DNA of 64,000 nucleotides, taken from positions 62,154,981 through 62,218,980 of the forward strand of contig NC_057718.1 in the NCBI RefSeq assembly GCF_004010195.1, written 5' to 3'. Shown here in pieces: positions 1 to 13,546 of this stretch (positions within the stretch are counted from its first letter, which is position 1; every line of letters begins with the position of its first letter). Origin of the DNA: Chiloscyllium plagiosum. Its lineage: Eukaryota. Both the position numbers and the translations under genes were made by a program. The notes beneath the pieces are model-generated. The model made no database searches and was not told the origin of the DNA. It saw only the letters and a list, made by a program, of their open reading frames with translations.

Positions 1-1489
1 ACCAGAGTCCATTCCTCATGACAAAATCAGCAGCTGGTCTCAACTGCCTAAATGGCTTTTGATTCTTTTTCCAGGGTGTAGGTAATGCTTACACAGTAAA
101 CTTTTGTAGCTTATACCTAATTTCCCTTGAGTGGTGGTGGTAAACTAGGCAATGTGATTCTCACTAGCTCTCCAGCTGCCGGATGAGATTTGCCCTGCTG
201 ATTTGACAAGATTGTGCATTAGGTTGCAAACTCTTAAGAATTGCCAACAACAAAGCTCAAAAAACCAAACCAAATTGGCAGTCTGCCGCATTAAGGATTT
301 TTAAGATCAATCTGAAATTTCTTTGAAAATTGCTCACTCAAGAAACAAGGTTTGTAATAAGGAACAATTTGCACAATTTGGATGGAAAGATGTGATCTCT
401 ACAATTGTATTTTATGTTGGAAATTAGCTTGATGTTTTGTCAAAATCGTGTGGTACCCAGACCAGTCAATGTTAGTTGACTGAAGACTAACCGGAAGAGC
501 AGAAAGCAGAAACTAACTTGTAAATATGCTTCTAACTTCTAAATTATTTTATGGTTAACCTGAAGAATGACTATTCACACAGCGTGCAAGAATTTGTTAA
601 TAAATAGTAGGAAATCAGCTTAAAAATATAAACTTTTACAAGATTTAGTAGCCTATACCTATGCTTTCAGGGTTGTTTGGTTTCTTTTGCACTTGTGATA
701 AATTACACAACTGTTGTGTTAGAATTCAATAACCTTGCAGCTGGCGGAACGTCAACCCTTCAACATTCACTTTGTATGTTCTTGGTTTTCTGCTTCCTAC
801 GTAATAACCCCATTTTAAAGTTTTTCCTCTTTTCAAAATCTTTGCTTTGTCGAATCAAACCTTTTGTAAATTTTTAATAAAGTAAATCTTTTTTTTCAAG
901 AAATGATGCTTAACCATCTGAATTTTTGTTTTTATCCTGAACTCTGGAATTCTGAAATATCTTGTTTTTACCAAAATACTGACTGTACTATTTTAGTGCA
1001 CTAGTGTTATTCATTGATATTGAGTAAGTTGAATTGTCGTTACTGGAACTAATTTCTCTCCATTATTTCAAGAAACCTTGTGCCTAGTTTAAATTTTAAA
1101 ACATTTAAAACTTTATGACCCACTGAGGTAGCATGCTGGAAATCCAAGCCCTGTTATTTACAGTATCACTGTAAATGTGAAAGAACTTGATTACCACAAG
1201 ATTGCCCAATTTACCTAACTGTCGAATTCAGATTGAAAATCTATATGCCACTTGGTTTATGATCCAAAACAGAAATTTTAAAGAAAACTGCAATTTGAAC
1301 AAATTGTCCTTTCTACTGAGTAAATCCTAGGGAATAAATTCATCTCCTTTAATGATGGAAATAGGATTTATGATTACATTTGTTTGATTTGAAACCATAA
1401 ACCAGCTGAAGAAACAAAAAGCCACCATTAAAAATTGCTGGATTCTCATTTTTGGGGGAAAGCAATTCATTCGCAGGAAGTGAATAATG

Positions 1490-1845
1490 TCTCCAGTATA
1501 GGCAGCATTTATTGCCCTTTCCCCTTTTTGAGATGGTGGTGGGAAGCTACTTTCCTGATTATAACTGGATTTCACAAAGCAGTTAAGAATCGATCATTTT
1601 CCTGGACATTAGTTCACTAGTGGACTTTTATGAGAATTCAGTCATTTCAGTGGGCAGTATTTTTCAGGGGCCAGCAGATAGGCAACAATGGACCACGCAC
1701 TTGTATGAGCCTCCAAATCTGCAAGCAGGAGATCATAAGATTGCAGGAATGATCGCCATTACTGATTTTTTTAAAAAAGAAACAGAAATTAGTTCCGCAG
1801 CATCCATGGTGGGATTTGGACTAGTTCAATAGCATACTATATCCA
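1490..1845 (-). mobile_element. Degenerate tRNA-derived SINE, same family as 28505-28840
   Basis: Shares motifs 'cagcatttattg', 'gcagttaaga' and 'ccatggtgggatttgga' with the copy at 28505-28840. Confidence 0.5.
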
Positions 1846-2180
1846 TATAACTTTAGAATTATTCAGTGACTGAGGTGAGGGAAGTATATCTGCTGCTGGT
1901 AAATTCTGTTTTTGGCAGAAATTTGATTGGGGTTAAGAAATATGTGTTAAATGAATTAAAAATGAAGAAAACTTACTGAACAAAAATAAACAAACTTTAC
2001 AATAACATATCTCAAGTGTGAGGATGAGGTGACCGGTAATGTGAAATACAGAAACTCAGAATGTTTTGTCTGTATCTATAGTTTGAAAGTAAAGTCTCCA
2101 GGAATTTGGCTTGAAATAAAAATAATTGGTGCCAAGGGTGTTGTAAACTTAATTTTAAAATTCAATAGTTAATATACAGT

Positions 2181-2796
2181 CTTTACGGACCAGGCCAGAC
2201 CCCCTCAAAGCATTTCAAGAAGGTAGGCCAGACCCTAACTTTTTGGCTGGTTGTTTTCAGCAGGTGTGAAATGGATATTCCAGGAGTGATGCTACTGGCC
2301 CAACCACTCGATTTTAAACAAAACAATTTATACATGAGAAAAAGAATCCCAAATTTAGAATAACATAACTATTTGAAAACCCAATTGACACTTTTGCAAT
2401 TAAATGATGCTTTTCCAAATAATTTCAATATTTCCATAAACACCCCCTTTGCAAAAGAAATGTAGAATTAAACACAGGTTCTTACAAGATAGATATCAGA
2501 GAGAGAACAAGAGAGAGAATCAGCATGGACCTGCTTCTTTGGGTCCCTAGCAGATTCTCTGGGTTCCCAGCTAAAACTTGACCAGCAGCTGCAAACAAAA
2601 CAGCTTGCTAAAAAGCAAACCAAACCCTGAACTGGGAGAACTGGTCACTCCCCTTTCATTGTACATGTGTTTTAAGAGAACACTTAAAAGCTTTGAGTAG
2701 ATAAACCCAGACATGTTGGAACCTCTGCCTTTATTGGTACTCTGAAAACAAAAACCATGGACAATGTAACCTTGTTAAAGGAACAGCAGCATCACA
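2181..2796 (-). mobile_element. Solo LTR (Gypsy-type, degenerate left end)
   Basis: Flanked by direct repeat ACAGT (2176-2180 and 2797-2801). Ends ...CATCACA; begins (T)CTTTACGG, resembling TGTTACGG. No ORF. Strand is tentative. Confidence 0.55.
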
Positions 2797-3136
2797 ACAG
2801 TGATATCTGTTTTATACAGTACACAATTGCCCATAACAGTAGTAAAATAGTTCTGTTTTGTTTTGACCTTGGATACAGAAAAAAAAAATTGCCAAGCTAC
2901 TGGGTGATCTTCCTGTTCTTTAAAATAGCAGCAAGAAACATTTTAACATGCACATATAGGGCCTTAGTTTCACATAGAATTATGGAGATGTACAGCATGG
3001 AAACATACCATTCGGTCCAACTCATCCATGCCAACCAGATATCCCAATCCAATCCTGTCCCACCTGCCAGCTCTTGGCCCATATCCCTCCAAACCCTTCA
3101 TATTCATATACCTCTCCAAGTGCCTTTTCAATGTTA

Positions 3137-3349
3137 AAAATCACACAACACCAGATTATAATCCAACAGGTTCAATTGGAAGCACTAGCTTCCGGAGCAC
3201 CGCTTCTTCATCACAACCACCTGATGAAGGAGCGACGCTCCAAAAGCTAGTGCTTCCAATTAAACCTGTTGGACTATAACCTGGTGTTGTGTGATTTTTA
3301 ACTTTGTCCACCCCAGTCCAACACTGGCAAATCTGAATCATGACTTTGA
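3137..3349. mobile_element. PLE fold-back micro-insertion (family B)
   Basis: ~78-bp inverted arms (3135-3212 vs 3222-3300), extra ~45-nt tail on the right arm only, TSD AATGTTA (3130-3136 / 3350-3356). Confidence 0.85.
3218..3252 (+). ncRNA. Minimal hammerhead ribozyme motif, core G of GAAA mutated
   Basis: CAC-CTGATGA-A-GGAGC-GAC-GCTCC-AAAA-GC-TA-GTG. Stem I CAC/GTG, stem II GGAGC/GCTCC; GAAA changed to AAAA at a CpG. Confidence 0.7.
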
Positions 3350-3479
3350 AATGTTACAATTGTACTAACCTTCACCACTTCCTCTGGCAGCTTGTTCCAT
3401 ACATGTACCACCCTCTGAGTGAAAAAGTTGCCCTGTGGGTCTCTTTTATATCTTTCCCCTCTCACCCTAAACCTATGCC

Positions 3480-3664
3480 AAAAGTGAGGACTGCAGACGC
3501 TGGCAACCAGAGTTTCAATTAGAGTGGTGCTGGAAAAGCACAGCAGGTCAGGCACCATCTGAGGAGCAGGAAAACCAACTTTTTGGATAAAAGCCTTTCA
3601 AACGTCGATTTTCCTGCTGCTTGGATGTGCCTGACCTGCTGAACTTTTCCAGCACCACTCTAAT
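3480..3664. mobile_element. PLE fold-back micro-insertion (family A)
   Basis: Inverted arms meet at a hammerhead remnant ('aaacgtcgatt'). Perfect 13-bp TSD CTAAACCTATGCC (3467-3479 / 3665-3677). Confidence 0.9.
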
Positions 3665-4719
3665 CTAAACCTATGCCCTCTAGTTCTGGAATCCTTCACC
3701 CCAGGGAAAATACTTTGTCTATTTATCCTACCCATGCCCTTCATGATTTTGTAAACCTCTATAACGTCACCCCTCAGTCTCTGATGCTCCAGGGAAAACA
3801 GCCCAAGCCTATTCAACTTCTCCGTATGGCTCAAATTCTCCAACCCTGGCAACATCCTCTTAACTCTTTTCTGAACCCTTCCAAGTTTCACCGTAACTTT
3901 GCAATAGAAAGGAGACCAGAATTGCAGGCAATATTCCAACAGTGGCCTAACCAATGTTACAGCTGCAACATGACCTCCCAACTCTCGCACTCAATATTCT
4001 GACCAATAAAGGAAAGCATACCGAATGCCGCCTTCACTATCCTATCTACCTGCAACTCCACTTCATCTGAAAGATAATGCCATCAATTATACTGTAGTAG
4101 CTTTGGAAGGTACATCATGCTATATTGCTAAAATGGAGCTTGATCCTGTAAGCTTCTTCTAACACTTGTGTACTAACATCTGTGAATACAGGGACTAAAG
4201 TCTCTGTTTAATGAAGGAAATTACATCTACACAATGCAACTTCTCAGTCTTTCTCTTTTTTTGAAAGTCTGAATGGATTAACCTGATTAAAGGTGGTTTT
4301 CCTTGAAAGATATGTTTTGAGTTGAGGATCGAAGGTTTGAGTTTGCTGTCCTGATATTTAAATGGGAGAAAACAATATTGCAATAAAATTTATATTTAGG
4401 AAAATTCCCAATGGATTAAAACAACAAATCCTGAAGGATAACATCATAAAGACAGAATTTTAGTTTAATATCTACTCTAAAGATGAGCATCTCCCATATA
4501 GTATTATAGTGGTCTGTAATTCAAATTCCCAGTCTTTTAATTTTGAGACAAAGCTGCCGACTCCAACATGAATTGATTTTTCAGAATTTAGTGAATCTCT
4601 TTCTGATCAGATAACATTTTCTCAATCATCTCAGTCATGTGCCTGTTATTGATGGGTTTCCACGTAATATCGATTTCATGACTAAATAGTCAATAATAAA
4701 TCATAATAACAAGTGCACC

Positions 4720-6249
4720 TTCACCAACACTTATTCGCTTGGCAGAACTGGTCCTCACCCTTAACAACTTTTCCTTTACATCCTCCCACTTCCTGCAAAC
4801 CAGAGGGGTGGCTATGGGTACCGGTATGGGTCTGAGCTATGCCTGCCTCTTCGTAGGGTATGTGCAACAGTCCCTCTACTGCAGCTGCAGCTACACCAGC
4901 ACCATCCCCCACATTTCCTCTGTTACATTGATGACTATATCAATACTGTCTCGTGTTCCCATAAGGAATTCGAACAGTTCATTTACTTCACCCACACCTT
5001 CCACCCTGACCTCAGATTCACCTGGACCATCTCTGACACCTCCCTCCCCTTCCTGGATCTCTCTGTCTCCATCTCTGGCAACTGACTTAGCACCAACATC
5101 CACTTCAAACCCACTGACTCCCATAGCTGCCTTGAATATACCTCTTTCCCACCCCCACATCCTGCAAAAGTGGAATCCAATACTTCCAATTCCTCCGCAT
5201 CCAGGATGAGTAATTCCACTCCAGGACATCCCACATGTTGTCCACTTTCAAGGACCATAATTTCCCCTTTCCCATGATTAACAATGCCCTCAACTGCATC
5301 TCTTCCATCTTCCACACCTCTGCCCTCAAACTACCTCCCCCCAACCACAAGGAAGACAGAATCCCTCTGGTCCTCACATTCCACCCCACTAATCTGAAAA
5401 TCCAGCTCATTATTCTCTGCCATTTTTGCCACCTCGGTCTGACCCCACCACCAAAAAGAGATTCCTTCCCCACCCCCATTTATAGGGACCATTAGCTCTG
5501 TGACTCCCTCGTTATGTCCACTCCCACTAACCTCTCCTCCACACCTGGAACCTTCCCTTTAGCCATAGGAGGTGCAAAACCTGCCTCCCAAACCTCCCAT
5601 CTCACCTCCGTCCAAGGCCTCAAAGAAATTCACCTGCATTTCCTATAATCTGATTTACTATATCCGTTGCTCCTGATGTGGTCTCCGCTACATTAGAGAG
5701 AACGAATGGAAACTCAGGGACTCCTTTAGGGAATCTCTGTGGTCCATACGCTCCAATTCACCCCATCTCCTACTTGCCAGCTCCCCCCACCCAATTACAC
5801 GTCCATCTTGGCTGTCTCCACCATCAACATAACACAAACTGGAGGAAGAACCCCTCATCTTCCACCTCAGGAGCTTACAACCTTAAGGTCTCAACATAGA
5901 ATTCACCAACTTCCAGATCTCCCCACACCCTCATTTCATCCCAGGTCCAGCCCGCCCACTCTGCCCTGGCCCCCCTTGAGCTGACCTAACCTGTCCATCT
6001 TCCCACCTATCTGTTCCACCTTTCCCACTGACCAATCTCATTCACCTCCTATCTGTACCCATCTATCGTCATCCCACCTACCTTTCCCCGAGCCCCACCT
6101 CCTCCCTCTATTTATTTCTCAGCCTCCTTCCTTCTCTCCAGTCCTGGTGAAGCGTCCTGCCTGAAATATGGAGTCTCCTGACGCTGATGTTCTTCTGATC
6201 CTGCTTGACCTGCTGTGCTTTTTTTTTTCCAGCTTCACATTTTCTTCGA
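4720..6249 (+). mobile_element. 5'-truncated Penelope-like element (Neptune-type), frameshifted RT plus GIY-YIG
   Basis: 'LAELVLTLNNFSF...FLQTRGVAMGT..YACLFVGYV' RT motifs, 'RIPLVLTFHP', C-rich 3'UTR and a degenerate hammerhead at ~6143-6170. Homologous to 49701-52692. Confidence 0.9.
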
Positions 6250-7489
6250 CAATAACAAATCACAGCCAGGCTTGAAAATATGTTCACCTACTGATGACTG
6301 CACTACTCTCAACCAATAGTGCTGATGGTAATCTAAACTCTTCTCCTGTCCTGGCTGAGGCCATACACCAGCAATTGCACAAATTCATTCTGACTCATAT
6401 GGCCACACCCTATGGTGCATTTATTCACAAAGCCACCAGAAAATCTCTTGCTTTAAACTGATACCAGGAACTCATGCATGGCCTGGTGAATTGTAGAGTT
6501 TTGTGTTTCGTCATGACAACATTTATTCCATGAACGTGTGGCAAACAAATTACATTGTGTTTTAAAATTATATGCAAATTGGAAAAATGGTTTATATAAT
6601 AATCCTCAGATTGAGGATGTTGGACTGTAAAGTGCTGCACAGGTTACCTGAATTAATCATCTAGATGATATGCTACACAAGGAATAGAAATGATTGGTAG
6701 ATGCAGTGGCCAGAGCACCAGTTGAGTAGAACACTTTGTCCTGGATGTTGTTTTATCATTGAGGCTGCAACCATCTTGGTAAGTGATGGACTTTTCCATC
6801 CTTACCCTGTATCTGGTAAGAGAAACTTTTCAGGTTTTGGAATCAGTCACTTGTTACCAAGGCTTTGCCCTAGATTTGTCAATAATTATCGCCAATCTAG
6901 CTGCTTGTTGTTGGTAAAGTACTGCATAAGCTTCTTGAAACAGACCGATCTTCACACTTCCTTGTACTGTTTGACAACTCAAAACAGTTCAAAACCAGGC
7001 ATCAATGAGATGCTGTGGGTTATCAGCAGCTGCAGAAATGTATTCAACCACAGTCTGTAAATTTGTTGCTGAGTATATCTTTTTACCATTGAGAAGCAAC
7101 CCTGGTTCAATAAGAAGTGTAAAAGAATATAGCAGAATCAGCAGTAGATATATATGAAAAAGAGATGCTAACCTAATGAAGCTACAACACAAGATTGCTT
7201 GCACATTTAGCAGTGGGCAGCATGTAATGGACAGCAATGCAATCCCATGATGAAAGGATCAGCTGGAAACCTAAATCCACTCCTATCTTGTTGTGAATGC
7301 TGGATAATTGTATGGCAAATTATTATTTATCAAATGTACATTACTGAAGCTGAGTGATAGCCCCTTAATTGATTGAGTTTAAGGTGGTTAATCTGCCACT
7401 TAGCCTATGGAGGCAACACTCCTTAGTAATGCATACCATTGTTGGTGTCGTCCACAAGTGCGTAAAGGGTTTCTGCTGAGTCCCCAGTT

Positions 7490-10400
7490 ATTTTTTATTT
7501 CAAAAATATACTTTATTCCTAAAATAATTTGATAGTCTGTACAGTTGGTCATGCCATACATACGTAAACATTTACATACAGAGATCAGAATTTATCATTT
7601 GTATACACAGGTCTGTACGTTTATCAATCATATATCCATATATTTAGCTGAGGCGTCAGCAGAGCCCAAATGACTGCGTGGGCCCGCTGTTCTTCTTTAG
7701 GCAGGCAGATGTTACACGGTGGTCTTTCCCCACCGCGCCTTGGCGGCAGCTGCCCAAGCCTCAGCGCATCCCTCAACACGTAGTCCTGGACCTTGGAATG
7801 TGCCAGTCTGCAACCCTCAGTTGGGGTCAACTCCTTCAGCTGGAAGATCAACTGGTTCCGGACTGCCCAGAGAGCGTCCTTCACCGAGTTGATGATCCTC
7901 CAGGCACAGTTGATGTTCATCTCGGTGTGCGTCCCGGGGAACAGACCGTAGAGCACGGAGTCCCGCGTCACGGCGCTGCTCGGGATGAACCTCGACAAAC
8001 ACCACTGCATTCCTCTCCAGACGTCTTCTGCATAGGCACATTCCAGAAGGAGGTGTGTGACAGTCTCGTTCTCTTTCCCCCTCCCCCCCCGCAGCCGCTT
8101 CGAGGGCAGCGTGCGGTGCGGCTGAGAGTCCGAGCGTGCATAAAGGCTCTCACAGGCAGAGCCCTTCTTACCACCAGCCAAGCCATGTCTCGGTGCTTGT
8201 TGGAAAGTTCTGGCGATGAGGCATTCTGTCAAATAGCTTTGACAGTCTGCTCAGGGAACCGCTTGATAGGATCCGCCCTCTCCCAGGGTGAGAGTGGCAT
8301 TGGGTGTATTTTTTCCCCTGTTGCCCAGATCTTTGCACAACGTGTCCCTTCGGACCCGGTCCATCTTTGACCTCCATATAAATTGGAAGATGGCCCGGGT
8401 GACTGCAGCGGTGCAGGTTCTGGGAATAGGCCAGACCTGTGCCACCTATAACAGTAATGACAGTGCCTCACACCTGATGACCAGGATTTTTCCCGCAATG
8501 GAGAGCGACCGTAGCTTCCATCTGCCCAGTTTCTGCCTCACTTTGCTGATACGCTCCTCCCAAGACTTGGCGCACGCCCAGCCCCACCAAACCAAATACC
8601 CAGCACCTTCAGGTGGTCGGTCCTGACGGTGAAGGGGATCGAGAATTGGTCGGCCCAGTTCCCGAAGAGCATAGCCTCGCTCTTGCCTCGGTTTACCTTG
8701 GCCCCCGAGGCCCATTCGAACTGGTCACATATGCACAAGAGTCTGCGCACAGACAGCGGATCTGAGCAGAAAACAGCGACCTCATCCATGTACAGGGAGG
8801 CCTTAACCTGCAGGCCCCCACTGCCTGGAATAGTCACCCCTCTCAGGCTCGCATCCTTCCTGATGGACTCGGCAAATGGCTCTATGCAGCATACAAACAA
8901 GGCAGGAGAGAGAGGGCAGCCCTGCCTGACTCCAGATCTGACTGGGAAGCTATCTGATTCCCACCCATTGATTGAGACAGCACTGACAATGTTCGTGTGG
9001 AGCAGTCTGATCCAATTGCAGATTCCCTCCCCAGAGCCCATTTTGGAGGGAACATCTCTCATATACCTGTGTGATATTCTGTCAAAGGCTTTCTCCTGGT
9101 CCAGGCTGGTGTCCAACCCTCTGTTCTGCATGTAGGCGATCGTATCCCTGAGGAGTGCGAGACTCTCGGCGATCTTCCTGCGCAGTACAGCACAGGTTTG
9201 GTCAGGATGAATCATTGACCCCAGAGCAGACCTGACACGGTTGGCGATTACCTTTGACAGAATTTTGTAATCCGCATTCAACAGTGAGATTCGTCTCCAA
9301 TTTTTGAGTTCCTCCCTCTCCCCCTTCCGCTTGTAGATAAGGGTGATGATGCCTTTCCTCATGGATTCACTCATGGTACCTGCCAGAAGCATACTGACAT
9401 ACAGCTCCAGCAGATTCTGTCCAATCAAGTCCCACAGAGCAGAATAGAGCTCAACCGGTAGGCCATCGCTTCCGGAAGTTTTATTCTTTTCAAAGGACTC
9501 GAGGGCCTTTGTCAGCTCGTCCAGAGATAGCGGCTGGTTCAGCCTCTCCCGTGTTCTGTCGTCTAAGACCTCCGTGATAGAGGACAGAAACTACTGGGAG
9601 GCCGCGCTGTCAGTCGGCTTCGCGTCATACAGACTGGCATAGAAGGATTTGCTGATCCTCATGACGTCAGCCTGAGATGACGTTATCGAGCCATCCTCTT
9701 CCTTCAGGCTGCTGAGCACAGAGCTCTCTTTGTGCACCTTCTGGAAGAAGAAACGTGAGCACCGAGCGGACCCTGGATCAAAAGATTATCTTGGAGGCCT
9801 CCGAAGCAAAGAGCGAGGCTTGCTGGCCCTTCACATCCTTGAGGTCCTTCATGACATCAACCCCCATTGTCTGCAGTAGGAGCAGGTTCTGCATACTTTC
9901 CAGGAGCTGGGACAGTTTTCCCCGTCTCTCTCTCGCCTCCTGAACACCTTTGAGGATGAAGAACCTCTTGATGTTCCCTTTTACTGTTTCCCACTAGTCC
10001 GCTGGGGTCTCAAAGAGGGGCTTCACGGTTCTCCAACCTGCATAGTCCCTCTTGAGCGCATCAATGTTTCCCGGGGTCAAAAGCTTTGTGTTCAGCTTCC
10101 ACGTTCCCTTACCAGCCCGCTGCTCGTCCTGTAGGTGACAGTCAGCCAGCAGGAGGCAGTGGTCAGAGAAGAACACCGGCTTGACGTCGGTGGATCTGAC
10201 CGAGCGTGTTCGGGACACAAACAGGTAATCTATCCTTGAGCGGATAGACCCGTCTGCCCGTGACCAGGTGTATCTACGCTGTGCTCCATCTGCAGGGGTG
10301 CTGAAAACGTCGTGCAGCTTGGCATCTTTTACCATGTCCATCAGGGCTCTGGACGTGGCGTCCAGTTTACTGACCCTTCCGCCGGATCGTCCATCTGCAT

Positions 10401-12191
10401 CAATGATACAGTTGAAGTCTCCGGCCAGAATGACCGGCCTGGACGTAGCTAGCAACAGTGGAAGCTGCTGCAGGACGGCCAACCGTTCACTCTTACCCGC
10501 TGGGGTGTACACATTAATCAGTCTCGGGGGAGCATTCCTGTTCATGATGTCAGAGACGAGGAGGCTCCCGCCCACCACCTCCTTAACCTCAGAGATGGTG
10601 AAGTTGCCACCTCGCAACAGGATATCCAGGCCAGAGGCGTGGCTATCGTTGCCCCCCGACCAAACTGACGGCCCATCTCCTGTAGCTGCTGAGATGCAGT
10701 ATCCCATACTCCTGCAGAAACAGGACTTTGGCTTTAACGTTGGCCAGGTAGGCCATCGTAGAAACACATCGCGTAGCCGATTTGATGCTACGCACATTGA
10801 TGCTGGCAATTCTTATCCCCATTTTAACAGTTTACAAGGTTACCAGTGTCCATTTGCTGCTGGTCTTGCCTCTCTGGGGTAGCTGTGTGCATCCCCGTGG
10901 TGACGGCAAACTGCTGGATCCTCCCAGGGCTGAGGTGGCTGTGCGGCTCCATGCCGGGGCCATTTCCCCGCTCAGGTGTCTTCGGGTCGGGCCCAGGGTC
11001 TGCACAGTCCAGTTCTCCATCTGACAGCAGGGCTGTCACAGGACCGCTGCTCCCAGTTACCTGGAGCTGTGGGGCAGTGAGTACCTCATGGTTCTCACCG
11101 GGTGGGGGGAGGCCTTTACCCATCCCCTCAGAGGGATCGTCTTTTCCTGTTTGGGAGGTGCTGCCCTCCTTTTTCCCCGCGGCGCTCTGTCTCTTCCTCT
11201 GGTGACAACCCTCCTTGCGCCCGTCCTCACCGTCGGAAGAGCTGCCTGTATCCTCGTCCTGTAGGTGTCGCTTCCCCTTTTGCTGGTGGCTTTGGGGGTC
11301 TGGTGAGGTTTCCTCTTCCTGCTTTTGATAATAATCCAATCCTCTGCCTCGTTTGTTCCCTCCTCCTTCCATTTCCTCCGTCTGTCTTGAAGGAGCTTGG
11401 ATCGGCTGCTTCACCTGCTCCGCTACAGCCTGCCCTTCCTTCTGGGTGCCTCCAGATACTGTTCCCGTGCTGTTTTATGGTACCTTGCTGGCCTTAGGCG
11501 GTCCACGGCTCGTGTTGCCACCTCCGGCCATCTGTGCATAGGTGGTGGCCCCTCATCTTGGGCAGGCCTTGTACATGTGGCCCTCCTCTCCGCACAGATT
11601 ACAGTTCTTGGCCTCTTTACATTCCTTGGTCAGGTGGCCTTCCTGTTTGCAGTTTGGACAGACGGTCACCTTACAATCCGCCGCCATGTGGCCTGACCTC
11701 CCGCAGGTTCGGCACACTTTCGGCTGCCCTGCATATGTCAGGTAACCTCTTCTTCCTCTGATTGCAAAGCTGGAGGGTTGGTGTGTGGAAGATGTTCCCA
11801 TTGGCATCGACTCTCAGGGTTACCCTGACCTGTCGTTTGCTGGTCCTTTCTACCTCGACCTGGACATATCTTCTCAGGAAGGTCAGGACATCCACTGCTG
11901 GGACGTGGGGGTTGTACATATGGATTGTTACAGCCCGACTCCTCTGTCAGGAAGCACACACAACGGGATTGCCGACAAGATGGAGAACAGATGTTCCCCT
12001 TCCTTCTCCTTGAAGATCTCCGGGAGCTGCTCGCAATTCTTCACACACCCGGAGGTCATGTCAAAATAGCCTGCCGCAGGGAAATCCTGCAGGCAGTACA
12101 CATCCTCTGCTTCGAACCCGCAGCACTCCAGCAAAATCTTCTTCACGAGCACTGTCCGATCGACCGGTGTGCGCTCCTCCACCTTCTTCAC
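7490..12191 (-). mobile_element. Tx1/L1-clade non-LTR retrotransposon, nearly full length, frameshifted
   Basis: ORF1 fragments with three CCHC knuckles (11553-11807). ORF2 APE endonuclease (GDFN, RIDY, SDH; 9994-10809), RT (KGEREELKNWRRISLLNADYK, GVRQGCPLSP, YMDE; 8538-9428) and C-terminal C..C..ET..HLLLEC. A-rich tail at 7490-7500. 11-bp TSD AGTCCCCAGTT (7479-7489 / 12192-12202). Confidence 0.95.
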
Positions 12192-12329
12192 AGTCCCCAG
12201 TTGTAGAGTTTGGCTGAATAGGGGCCCTACCTTGTCCTGAACCTGTTTTACAAGGATCACAAGGAACCTGGCACAAGTAACTTCTTAGTGACTTCCTGTG
12301 TTTCCTATTCCCTGTTCCAAATTTGGGGG

Positions 12330-12910
12330 GGTGTAGATCTTTCAACAATGATGAGATTCAATTAACTTTCTGATCTCTGACAATGATGGAATCCATAAGC
12401 ATCAAAAATAAATCTGAAGTGTTCTCTTAACTAGACAAACCACATAAATACTGTAGGTATAAGAACCAATGTGAGGCCATGTGTTCTGTGGCGAGTGATT
12501 CATCTGACTCCCTTCAAACCATCTGCAAAGGACAAATTTGCATTGCATTGGAATACTTTCCATTCAGTTCCAACAACATTTAGGCAGTTCAACACTATCA
12601 CATTGCTTGATTGAAAACCCCTCCATGAGAGCACAATGATGACAGCATGTACTCTCCAGAAGTTGCATTACAGCAACTTGCCAAAGGTTTTGTGCCAGCA
12701 CTGGCCAAACCTGGGCATTCTACCATCTGAAAAGACAGCATGGGGTCACCACCTCCAACTAACATGCCTTCTTAATTTTGAAATATATCAGCACTATTTT
12801 GTTGCCAGGTCCAAATCCTAAAACTCTGTCTTCACTGCAAAGACTGCAGCTGTTCAACAAACCATCAGCCATTACACCACCTTCAACAAAGGCAATAAAG
12901 AGGAATAAAA
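12330..12910 (+). mobile_element. Old CR1/L2-group LINE 3' relic
   Basis: Degenerate similarity to the reverse complement of 34385-34900 ('actgcagc..ttcaa', 'cagcaact'). Confidence 0.5.
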
Positions 12911-13420
12911 ACAAAAATGTTGGAAATTTTCTGGCACGTTGGTGGAGAGAGATGCAATTAGTGTTTCAGGGTCTTTGAATTTTCATCAGTAGATTTAAGC
13001 AATTAAAGGGGAAGGAGTGGGGAAAAAGAGAGACTATACCTGTGATAATGGTCAAATTGTTATTGGTGCAATCATGTCCCTGATCAGCATGGATAAACTG
13101 TTTGGTCTTTTCTTTGTGGGGGGGAGCATGTAATAGGTTACCTGATGAAACAGATGTCATTGGTGAAGGAGCTGAAGGTGCTTGGTGAAGGCTACCCCCT
13201 AAGAAGCTTCTTTTACTGATCATTTGAGATTACAATGATTAGTCTCCCCAGAGAAGCCTATTATTTTCCTGTACTGAATAGTTTTCCCTTCCTTTGATGC
13301 TACGTTTGATTTTATACAACCTTTATGCCAAAAGTAGCAACCATAATTTCTCATCCAGCATTCGCCTCTTACAGTGAAGGCCGAGAATGAGGTCTGAAGT
13401 TGAGTAGTTCTTTTGAAGGA

Positions 13421-13546
13421 GAAGGTGAGGACTGCAGATGCTGGAGATCAGAGCGGAAAATGTGTTGCTGGAAAAGCGCAGCAGGTCAGGCAGCATCCAA
13501 GGAGCAGGAGAATTGACATTTCGGGCATGAGCCCTTCTTCAGGAAT
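13421..13546 (-). mobile_element. PLE 3' terminus (family A)
   Basis: Matches the tail at 52575-52692 in reverse orientation. Confidence 0.85.
13511..13546 (-). ncRNA. Minimal hammerhead ribozyme motif, core intact
   Basis: Reverse complement ATTC-CTGAAGA-A-GGGC-TCAT-GCCC-GAAA-TG-TC-AATT. Perfect 4-bp stem II, GUC cleavage triplet, stem I weakened. Confidence 0.75.

Larger units (their letters stand above)
2972..4065 (-). mobile_element. CR1/HER1 LINE 3' fragment, interrupted twice by PLE fold-backs
   Basis: ORF 3598-3990(-) 'LVRPLLEYCLQFWSP...LGLFSLEHQRLRGDVIEVYKIM' is the CR1 ORF2 C-terminus. 3'UTR matches 31088-31200. Confidence 0.92.

Noticed and set aside
60..90. Possible 7-nt microexon (ttttccag|GGTGTAG|gtaatg)
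   Set aside because: Not frame-preserving and expected by chance; needs RNA evidence.
3135..3300. Palindromes as DNA-transposon MITEs or terminators
   Set aside because: Arms are unequal, centres vary between copies, TSDs vary in length, and equivalent ends are attached to PLE ORFs elsewhere in the window.
11553..12260. Host ZCCHC3/CNBP-like zinc-knuckle gene
   Set aside because: Frameshifted, directly upstream of APE-RT and inside the TSD-bounded Tx1 element.
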